Shown here one piece after another: positions 10,209 to 17,817 of a DNA stretch of 64,000 nucleotides. The stretch covers positions 124,001 through 188,000 of the forward strand of contig VRMN01000008.1 in assembly GCA_008690995.1 (NCBI GenBank). Reading direction: 5' to 3'. Position numbers and translations under genes: made by a program. Position 1 is the first letter of the stretch, and the number at the start of each line of letters is the position of its first letter. The stretch comes from Porphyridium purpureum (Eukaryota). The notes below the pieces were generated by a model, which did not search any database, was not told where the DNA came from, and saw nothing but the letters and a program-made list of their open reading frames with translations.

Positions 10209-11036
10209 ATGTTTAGCGCAGACGGCCCGGCGGGCGACGTGGCCAAAGGCGACGCGGGCGAGATGAAGCCCCCGCCAGTGCTCCGCGCGCCGCCGCGCGT
10301 CAATTCAGACACGCTCACGGATATTCAGTCAAGGAGAGCTCCAGAGCGCTTGCCGGATCTGCCGCACATTCGCGAGGTAGAGCAGGCGCAGCGTGTGCAG
10401 CGTGCGCAGCGTGAGAAGGAGGCCCGTCAGAGCAGCGATAGCGATGACGACTCCTCAGGACGGGACCCCGTGATTTCCGGCCCGGTGATGACCGAGTGCG
10501 GCCAGTGCGGCGCTATCTATGAAATTGATCATACCATTTTGGGACGCCGAGGCTCGCGCGTCAAATGCGCAGTGTGCTCGCACGTGTGGTTCCAGCAGAC
10601 GCGCACTCTTAAGCCCGTCGTTGTGCCAGAGGGAAAGGAGCTCGTGGATTACCCGGAGGACAAGGCCCGTGAAATGCGCGACGGTTCCCGTGGCAACCGG
10701 CGCGCAAGTAGCAATGGCCCTGACAGGCGCCAGAATAGTGGTGGAACTGACAGGCGTAGCGCGGGAGGGCGCGGCGGTCCGCGTTTTTCGCAGCACACAG
10801 TTTTTCTGGGCAATTTGCCCTTCTCAGCGGACGAGGCCCAGCTTGAGGACTTGTGTCGCGGGAAGGCCAGCGTGACAAGCGTCAAAGTGATGCGTGACGA
10901 GGAGGGCAAGGCACGCGGGTTTGCATTCGTGAACGTGAGTACCGCGGACGACATTGATAAGCTCATTGCGGCTCTGCAAGGCGTGCAGATGAATGGCCGC
11001 GACCTAAATGTGCGAAGCGGGAACAGGAATTCCTAG
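10209..11036 (+). CDS. MJ0042-type zinc-ribbon + RRM RNA-binding protein
   Basis: ECGQCGAIYEI...RVKCAVCSHVWFQ zinc ribbon, then an RRM with RNP2 VFLGNL and RNP1 RGFAFVNV. The true start may be 10037 (see findings). Confidence 0.85.
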   Translation: MFSADGPAGDVAKGDAGEMKPPPVLRAPPRVNSDTLTDIQSRRAPERLPDLPHIREVEQAQRVQRAQREKEARQSSDSDDDSSGRDPVISGPVMTECGQCGAIYEIDHTILGRRGSRVKCAVCSHVWFQQTRTLKPVVVPEGKELVDYPEDKAREMRDGSRGNRRASSNGPDRRQNSGGTDRRSAGGRGGPRFSQHTVFLGNLPFSADEAQLEDLCRGKASVTSVKVMRDEEGKARGFAFVNVSTADDIDKLIAALQGVQMNGRDLNVRSGNRNS

Positions 11037-11121
11037 TAGGTGGACCAGGAATGAAGCGAGAAATGTATGCAGCCGCAGGCATTCTTTACCGAGTGGAGGT
11101 GTGAATGTCTTGTATGACCAC

Positions 11122-12099
11122 TTAGCCGTAAATTTCATTAAAGACATCGTCGTCATCGACGTGACTCGGGTCCTGCGGCTCTGCCTCTGCAAGCTCGTCC
11201 ATGTTCGGGAAATCATCCTCGGCTCGCGGCGCCTGTACGGCGCTGATATTCGCATCGCCTCGCGCATCCGCTGTGAGCGGAAAGTCGAGCGTCTTGACTG
11301 GGGTGGCGTGGTCCTCCCGTATGCGCTTCATGGGCGTGTCCTCGAGCATCCCGTCAGGATCCGGAACCGTGCGCTTCCCAGAGATTGTCGAGTTGAAATG
11401 TGCGCCGACGCTCTTGCCTTCATCCAGATCATTGCCAGCAGCTCGTGTGTCAGCCTGTGTTGCTTGTGTCGACTGATTTGGCACGACCGGAGAGGCCATG
11501 TTCAGCGGCGCTGGTGGCTGTACAGAAGACATCCGGGCCGTTGCATCATTCACTCGAGTATCACGCCGTTTACGAAAATCAATCGACATGCGCGCATTTA
11601 GGAAAGCTCGGAGTTTCCTGGAGCCCTTCACCTTTTGCGCGCCGTGCATGAACGTGGTTGCGTCGACAGCCGGAACCAGCTCAGCTGCCCAATCCTCATA
11701 CACGCAGAACAGAGCACGCAGCCGCTCGAGCGTCGACTTGGCATGTTTCCCGACGATTCGGGCGCGAACGGTGCGTTCCAGCTTTGGAATCCCACGATCT
11801 TGTATCAGCAGCTCTTCTGTCACGCGCGGCTGCCTTGTGCGCAGCGGCTTCACCGCCTCTTTCTCCTTCGCGCGCTCCTCCTCTTGTTCCGCGGTAGCAT
11901 CGTTCTGCCGCGGGCCCCTTCCCGCGGTGGGCGGCTTGGCAGGCGTCGCACTAGACCTATTCATTGTCCGTACTGTTGAATGTCCTACTTGCCCTGACGC
12001 ATCTGACCAAACCATCGCACCGACCACTTCTTCTTCTCCTTGCGCGTCGTTCTGTGCGCCTCTCGTCCTCCATGGCCACCTTCCAAACCGCCACAACAT
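11122..12099 (-). CDS. Replication fork protection protein Swi3/Csm3/Tipin-like
   Basis: RQPRVTEELLIQDRGIPKL...LERLRALFCVYEDWAAELVP matches the Swi3 domain pattern. The start is uncertain. Confidence 0.7.
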   Translation of the reverse strand: MLWRFGRWPWRTRGAQNDAQGEEEVVGAMVWSDASGQVGHSTVRTMNRSSATPAKPPTAGRGPRQNDATAEQEEERAKEKEAVKPLRTRQPRVTEELLIQDRGIPKLERTVRARIVGKHAKSTLERLRALFCVYEDWAAELVPAVDATTFMHGAQKVKGSRKLRAFLNARMSIDFRKRRDTRVNDATARMSSVQPPAPLNMASPVVPNQSTQATQADTRAAGNDLDEGKSVGAHFNSTISGKRTVPDPDGMLEDTPMKRIREDHATPVKTLDFPLTADARGDANISAVQAPRAEDDFPNMDELAEAEPQDPSHVDDDDVFNEIYG

Positions 12100-12201
12100 C
12101 CCGTTTCCGGATTGACTTCTCCCGGTTTTCGCGCCAAATTACACACACACACATTTCATGCAAAGGTGTTCAGTTCTTGAATGTTTTACTGTACCTCTAG
12201 G

Positions 12202-12209
12202 TATAAATA
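12202..12209 (+). promoter_or_regulatory. TATA box upstream of the U1-like RNA
   Basis: TATAAATA, with ACTGTAC just upstream at 12188-12194. Confidence 0.5.
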
Positions 12210-12268
12210 CCCCGCGGGTGCCGCCGTCGTGAGGGCGGGCGCGAGGTTTTGGCTTTCGGGTTTTCGGT

Positions 12269-12553
12269 AACTTACCTTCCGTTGTCGGGTAGCCTATCAA
12301 GATGGAGGCCTCGGCTCTGGGTGAGAGGTAGCCCTAAATGTGATGTCCACATTGTGGCGTCGCATTCACGCAACTGAGAGGCGTCTCCCTTGTGGATCCC
12401 TCTCGCGTTGCGAGGGCTGGGCTTCGGCCCGATAGCGCGCGTTCCCTTGTGGGCGCGCGGCCTTGACCCCTCACGGCACGTCGTCTAAATGGCGCGGGCC
12501 GCGCGGATAATTTATGACCCGGGGGTGTTGCTTGCGTTCGCGCACGACCCCCC
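12269..12553 (+). ncRNA. U1: U1 spliceosomal snRNA, elongated (about 285 nt)
   Basis: 5' AACUUACCU. Helix H UCCGU (12278-12282) pairs with GCGGA (12503-12507). Stem-loop I carries the loop AUCAAGAUGG. Sm site AAUUUAUG at 12509-12516. The 3' stem-loop is GGGGG...GCGUUCGCGC...CCCCC. All elements are in canonical U1 order. Confidence 0.8.
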
Positions 12554-12965
12554 TTACGTTTCCTCATGGCTCGAAGGAAGGCGCAAAAGGTAAACGTTAG
12601 TACCACGAAAACTCCCCGATTGTTTGATTAACTGGGCATGCTTGAGTCGTTTCTGGATCCACACGTTGGGCACGCAAGGTATCCGCTTTAATTCTTCGTG
12701 TACGCGTGTTTGCGTGTGTACTTATGAGCTTTCTCTTGTCGCATTGGTGTTCGTGCATAATCCGGTAGCTACATTCTTCTCTTCATTGAATTTCTTGTGA
12801 TGGTACATGAACAACAACAACGACGACGACAACTAAAACTAAGATCGACAAAATGAAAAAAAGAAAAAAAGAAAAAAGGAGCGCTACTGCGGGCCCAACT
12901 CGGCATCTACTTCACTTGCTTGCAGCCTCGCGAAGCGCTTTCAACGCTTTTCTGCATTTCTTTGC

Positions 12966-14414
12966 TCACATACTCGACGGAAAAACTTGCTGCTCAATCA
13001 CGCGGTGGATGTCGCTGAGAATCGACTGTGGGAATACAAACAGGCTCGGATCGTCAACGAGGCCAGGTGTTCGCGGCACATGTTCCGGAACGAGTACACG
13101 CAGCATCTCTGACCGCGTATCGCTGACAAACAAATCACCTTCGCGGACCTTATCGTTGATCGTGATACGGTTCAGCAGTCCAGTGTACGCTTCCTCCACA
13201 AGCAAGAATTCTTCCACCGCCTCGACAAGCGTGCATTCCTGGCTTGCGTGAACAATTGAGTTACTTGCGTGCGTACGGGCGCCTCCTAGGAAGCCCTCGG
13301 CCTGGACCGCATTGCCCTTCTCTTGCATGGTCCGCGCAATGTGGCGCAGCACTGCGGATCGTCGGAGCTCAATGGCTGCGACGGGTTCCGCACAACTAGA
13401 GGCGAGATTCCGCAGCTGGGTGACCACTGGCTTCAAATCCACTTCATTCTGCCGACCCTTCGGTTCCTTTTCTGCACGCAGCATCGATGCGCGACTGGCC
13501 AATAGAGGAATCAGGCTGATGCGCGACGCCGCTTCGGCTTGATTGTACGGTTGCCGCTGGGTAGCTGCCATCGATTTTTCTACAGCGTCCGCAGCGACCA
13601 ATGCTGCTTCTGTATAGTCCAACGTGCGGTCGTGCTGCTGCGCGTACTCTGAAATATGCGAAAACAGGAGCAGCGTTTGCGAAATCACCTGCTCGCTCGC
13701 AGTGTCATCCGGGTTCGCATTGCGGTGCGCGTCAATCAGCTCACGGAGCATCTGAAACTGCTTTTCCAGTGCGGCTGCATCACCGGGCTTCCCCAGCTCG
13801 CTCGCCGAGCGGGCGATCGGTACCATACGCATTACAAAGTCAGCGCAGGGTGCTCCAGCGGTTGGCACACCATCAACGGTGTCCGGCGCCCAACTCAGCT
13901 TCATACTGAGGTCCAGGAGTGCGCTCCGCGTCGTGTAATATTCAAACATCCGCGAAATGAACTCGACGTCGTCCGCCTTCTTTGATTGGGTCGCCACGTG
14001 GGCAAGCCTCCTCCGCGTCGCGAGCAGTGTTTCGTGTTCGATGGCGGCCAGTCCATACGTGCGGGCAAAGTTTGCCCTTAGGTGATCGCCCACAACAGAA
14101 AAGTGCCACTCTTTCGAGGTCGCTGATGCGCACAGCATCATCTGCTTTGCTCTCACATACGCCGGATCTGCGTGCTTTCGCAACAGTGTTTGCAATTCCT
14201 TGGCTTTGAGAAGGGCGCGGCCGGGATTCTCACGCTCCGAAAATGCGGTTACCTGTTCCAGTTCCGTAACAACCAGCTTTAAATGCCGGTGAATCATCTC
14301 TCGTGCCTGTGCGCATTCTGGTAGCGCATTCAATGTCCAGGCCACGTTCCGCAACCCCGCCATTTTTGCTTTCTTCCACCCGTCACTCTCTCCTTGCCTT
14401 CCGTTCTTTCCCAT
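12966..14414 (-). CDS. Hypothetical alpha-helical protein
   Basis: Long ORF with protein-like composition and no motif I recognise. ATG at 14414 or 14363; the upstream ORF extension overlaps the mnmG start. Confidence 0.7.
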   Translation of the reverse strand: MGKNGRQGESDGWKKAKMAGLRNVAWTLNALPECAQAREMIHRHLKLVVTELEQVTAFSERENPGRALLKAKELQTLLRKHADPAYVRAKQMMLCASATSKEWHFSVVGDHLRANFARTYGLAAIEHETLLATRRRLAHVATQSKKADDVEFISRMFEYYTTRSALLDLSMKLSWAPDTVDGVPTAGAPCADFVMRMVPIARSASELGKPGDAAALEKQFQMLRELIDAHRNANPDDTASEQVISQTLLLFSHISEYAQQHDRTLDYTEAALVAADAVEKSMAATQRQPYNQAEAASRISLIPLLASRASMLRAEKEPKGRQNEVDLKPVVTQLRNLASSCAEPVAAIELRRSAVLRHIARTMQEKGNAVQAEGFLGGARTHASNSIVHASQECTLVEAVEEFLLVEEAYTGLLNRITINDKVREGDLFVSDTRSEMLRVLVPEHVPRTPGLVDDPSLFVFPQSILSDIHRVIEQQVFPSSM

Positions 14415-14485
14415 CGTCGCGACCAGCAAGCGAAGGTTGGGAAGGGGCAGGGAACGAAGGAGGAGACTTCTTTGGCTGGCATGAG

Positions 14486-16627
14486 ATGGGAGCGTTTGTT
14501 GCAAGTGGGTTTCGGGTGCCAGGCATTGCGCAAGTAGAAGGACTCGGTAGGTGTTTCAATGGGACGATTCTGCCGTCGCTAATGCGGCAGCGGCAGCGGG
14601 GCGTGTCAACCACTCGAGTTTCAATGGGAATTCTGGAAGGTGCTCAAGCAGCAAATAGCACACAGTTTGCGGACGTGTTTGATGTTGTAGTGGTCGGCGG
14701 TGGTCATGCTGGATGTGAAGCGGCCATTGCCGCTGCTCGGCGCGGCGCTCGCACCTTGTTGCTCACGCTCAACAAGGACCGTATCGGGTGGCAGCCATGT
14801 AATCCGGCTGTCGGCGGGCCCGCCAAGTCGACGTTGGTGCACGAGGTTGATGCCCTGGGTGGTATCATTGGGAAATTGGCGGATAGAACCTACCTGCAGC
14901 GGCGGGTCCTGAACAAGTCCAAGGGGCCTGCGGTCTGGGCGCTGCGCGCACAGACCGATAAACGGGAATACGCAGCCGAAATGCAGGCCGAGCTGGAGCG
15001 GATGACGCAACCGCTCGGCGACGGCTCGCCGCCGCAGCTCATTGTGCGGGAAGGCATGGTACATGATCTCCTCGTGGACGCGCGCACGCGCTCCGTCGTG
15101 GGCGTTTCGACTTTCTTCGGCGCCTCCTTTCGTGCGACTGCCGTGGTTCTCTGCACCGGCACTTTTTTGGACGGAACCATTTGGGTTGGGAACAAGAGCA
15201 TGCCAGCGGGCAGGGCAGGCGAAATGAGTGCGACGGGACTGAGCGACACGCTTCGCGAAATGGGTCTTGAGACAGACCGTCTCAAGACCGGGACGCCGGC
15301 ACGCGTGGATTCAAGGACTGTCGATTACTCTGTGATGGAGCCCCAGCCGAGCGACCCAGAGAATCATTGGTTCAGTTTCGATGAGGCAGAGTGGAAGGAG
15401 CGGGAGACCATGAACTGCTACTTGACACGTACCACCGAGGCGACGCACAAAATCATTCGCGATAACTTGCATTTGACGCCCAAGTATGGTGGATTTATGG
15501 AGAGTAAGGGACCGAGGTATTGTCCCTCCATTGAGGACAAGATTGTTCGCTTCGCAGATAAGCTTTCGCACCAGATTTTTATCGAGCCGGAAGGTCGCTC
15601 ACTCCCGGAACTTTACATTCAAGGTTTCAGCACAGGGATGCCGGAGAACATCCAACTCGATATGTTGCGTTCGTTGCCTGGCTTGGAAAAGTGTACCATG
15701 GTTAGACCGGCATACTCTGTGGACTATGATTACATTCCTGCGTCGCAGCTCTACCGCACGCTCATGTGCCAAAAGATCGAGGGCCTCTTCATGGCTGGGC
15801 AGGTCAATGGAACGACAGGGTACGAGGAGGCCGCAGCTCAAGGCATTCTTGCCGGCGTGAATGCGAGCAAGTTTGCGGCTCGTGAGTCTATGATCACATT
15901 GGATCGGGAATCCTCCTTCATCGGGACCATGGTTGAAGATCTGATTAGCAAGGAACTGCGCGAGCCGTACCGGGTGCTCACATCTCGCAGTGAGTATCGG
16001 CTTGTTTTGCGAGCAGACAATGCCGATCAGCGACTCACACCACTGGGAAGAGAGCTTGGGCTTATTGACGATCGGCGCTGGAAAATGTTTGAGCAGAAAC
16101 AGCACCGCATTGCGAGCGAAATTGCACGGCTCGGTACCACGCGCGTACTCGAAACGTCCAAAGAGGCCGAGCGCTTGAAGAGCCACTGCGGTGTTTGCGT
16201 AAATCAAAGCGCGCGCTTGGACGAAATACTAAGGCGGCCACACATCGAATACTCGATGCTCGAGGCGGCCGGCTTGGGGCCCGCAACGCAACTCAAGTCT
16301 TTTGAGAAGGACTCTGTCCAAATACAAATCAAGTATGCAGGTTACATCATTCGGCAGGAGGAGGTCATTGCAAAGCAGCGCGATAGCTTTTCGCAGTTGC
16401 TTCCGGAAGATTTGGACTACATGATCATCAGCGAGCTCCGCATGGAGGCGCGTGAAAGACTCAGTCGGTATCGTCCGGCTACTATCGGGGACGCTGCGAA
16501 AATGGGAGGCGTGAACCCAGCTGATATCACTGTTCTACTTATTGAACTCAGCAGGCGGCGTCGACAGCAGATCAAGCGACCGCAGCGTGTTCACGGGGAA
16601 CAAGTCGTAGCTGAAGTCTCGACTTGA
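14486..16627 (+). CDS. mnmG: tRNA uridine 5-carboxymethylaminomethyl modification enzyme MnmG/GidA, plastid-type
   Basis: DVVVVGGGHAGCEAA, PCNPAVGGPAKS, RLKTGTPAR, GPRYCPSIEDK and GQVNGTTGYEEAAAQG. N-terminus MGAFVASG is transit-peptide-like. Confidence 0.96.
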   Translation: MGAFVASGFRVPGIAQVEGLGRCFNGTILPSLMRQRQRGVSTTRVSMGILEGAQAANSTQFADVFDVVVVGGGHAGCEAAIAAARRGARTLLLTLNKDRIGWQPCNPAVGGPAKSTLVHEVDALGGIIGKLADRTYLQRRVLNKSKGPAVWALRAQTDKREYAAEMQAELERMTQPLGDGSPPQLIVREGMVHDLLVDARTRSVVGVSTFFGASFRATAVVLCTGTFLDGTIWVGNKSMPAGRAGEMSATGLSDTLREMGLETDRLKTGTPARVDSRTVDYSVMEPQPSDPENHWFSFDEAEWKERETMNCYLTRTTEATHKIIRDNLHLTPKYGGFMESKGPRYCPSIEDKIVRFADKLSHQIFIEPEGRSLPELYIQGFSTGMPENIQLDMLRSLPGLEKCTMVRPAYSVDYDYIPASQLYRTLMCQKIEGLFMAGQVNGTTGYEEAAAQGILAGVNASKFAARESMITLDRESSFIGTMVEDLISKELREPYRVLTSRSEYRLVLRADNADQRLTPLGRELGLIDDRRWKMFEQKQHRIASEIARLGTTRVLETSKEAERLKSHCGVCVNQSARLDEILRRPHIEYSMLEAAGLGPATQLKSFEKDSVQIQIKYAGYIIRQEEVIAKQRDSFSQLLPEDLDYMIISELRMEARERLSRYRPATIGDAAKMGGVNPADITVLLIELSRRRRQQIKRPQRVHGEQVVAEVST

Positions 16628-16871
16628 AGAAGAAAGACTTGAAGTGCCGTAATTTCACGTGGAGGAGCTCTGGATGAAAAGTTATTGTTTACCCGCGAGA
16701 ACGGACTGGGCGGCCATCGGTCACACAATGAAGGAATTCACTAGCAGATAATTTCTTTATTTTCTTTTTTGCGAATATGCTGCTCGTCGCTCGATATCTA
16801 TAGATCTAAGTAGGGCCGTGACAGAAACAAACACGCGCAGCGGCATGAAAGGCAGACCGAAGTCCCAGCGT

Positions 16872-17633
16872 CTACAAAGTCGAAATGAGATCTAGTCGGA
16901 CGAGCCGCTTGGCTTCGTCAAGTTTAGATACCTCGCACTTGATGTTTGGGCCGAAAAAGCGCTCGCACTTTTCCACCTTTTCCTCCCACAAAGCGTACGG
17001 AGTTTCCTTTGAGAAAAATTCAAGCCCGAGCTTGTACTGGCCGCCGTCGACAGACTCACTCAGACCTACGAGCTCTGGGCATGCCGCGCCGCGAGGGATG
17101 AGGCCTAGCGCCTTGAGTGCAGTATCCATGTGAGCTTCATCTCCGTACCGATGGCGAGTCACATCTTTCTTGATCTTCTTCTGGATTTCTGTTGCCTTCT
17201 CCTCAAACACGGCCGCTGCCTCGGGCGTGCTCTGTACTGGCACGGGCTTGAGCTCGGCGTACTTGAGCGCCAGCCCAATAAGGAGGATCGGAACGCCGTA
17301 CACGAAGCCCAGCGAAGAGCCGGACGCCGTGCCGGACGACGTGAAGTAGCTGAAGAATGAGTAGCCCGTGACAACGATACCGAGCGCGGTCCCAAAATTT
17401 GCCAGCGAGAATCCGCGGATCTCAAATGGCACTTCGTCGTCCTTCTTCTCCTGGCCGGACTGCGACATCCGGAGCGGCGTGCCGGTCGCCGCACGGCGCG
17501 CGGCGTGCGATCGAGGCGCCGCAAAGACCATTCGACGGCATGCCCTAGATGTTTGCGCAGAAAGCGGCGCTGCGCGAGCGCCTTGTAGAGGCACAGAGCT
17601 CAAGAAGGCCATCGTGTCTGTCGCGCCCGACAT
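16872..17633 (-). CDS. Thylakoid protein APE1/Slr0575-like (DUF2854)
   Basis: GFVYGVPILLIGLALKYAELKPVP and DVTRHRYGDEAH motifs, two hydrophobic helices, and a MAFLSS-type transit peptide. Confidence 0.85.
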   Translation of the reverse strand: MSGATDTMAFLSSVPLQGARAAPLSAQTSRACRRMVFAAPRSHAARRAATGTPLRMSQSGQEKKDDEVPFEIRGFSLANFGTALGIVVTGYSFFSYFTSSGTASGSSLGFVYGVPILLIGLALKYAELKPVPVQSTPEAAAVFEEKATEIQKKIKKDVTRHRYGDEAHMDTALKALGLIPRGAACPELVGLSESVDGGQYKLGLEFFSKETPYALWEEKVEKCERFFGPNIKCEVSKLDEAKRLVRLDLISTL

Positions 17634-17817
17634 TCATTCACCGAACCCCATCTTGCTCTGCTCCTCGCCAAATCTCCCGCGCTGGAAGGAGGGCCTTCTT
17701 ATATGAAAGAAGCGCCGCTTGATAGGACGCAGCAACAAACCCGCGCCGGACTGTACTTCTGAGTACCGTTGCTGTGTTGAATTGGCTCCGCAGCTCGCAA
17801 GGTGCGTGGGAAGAGTG

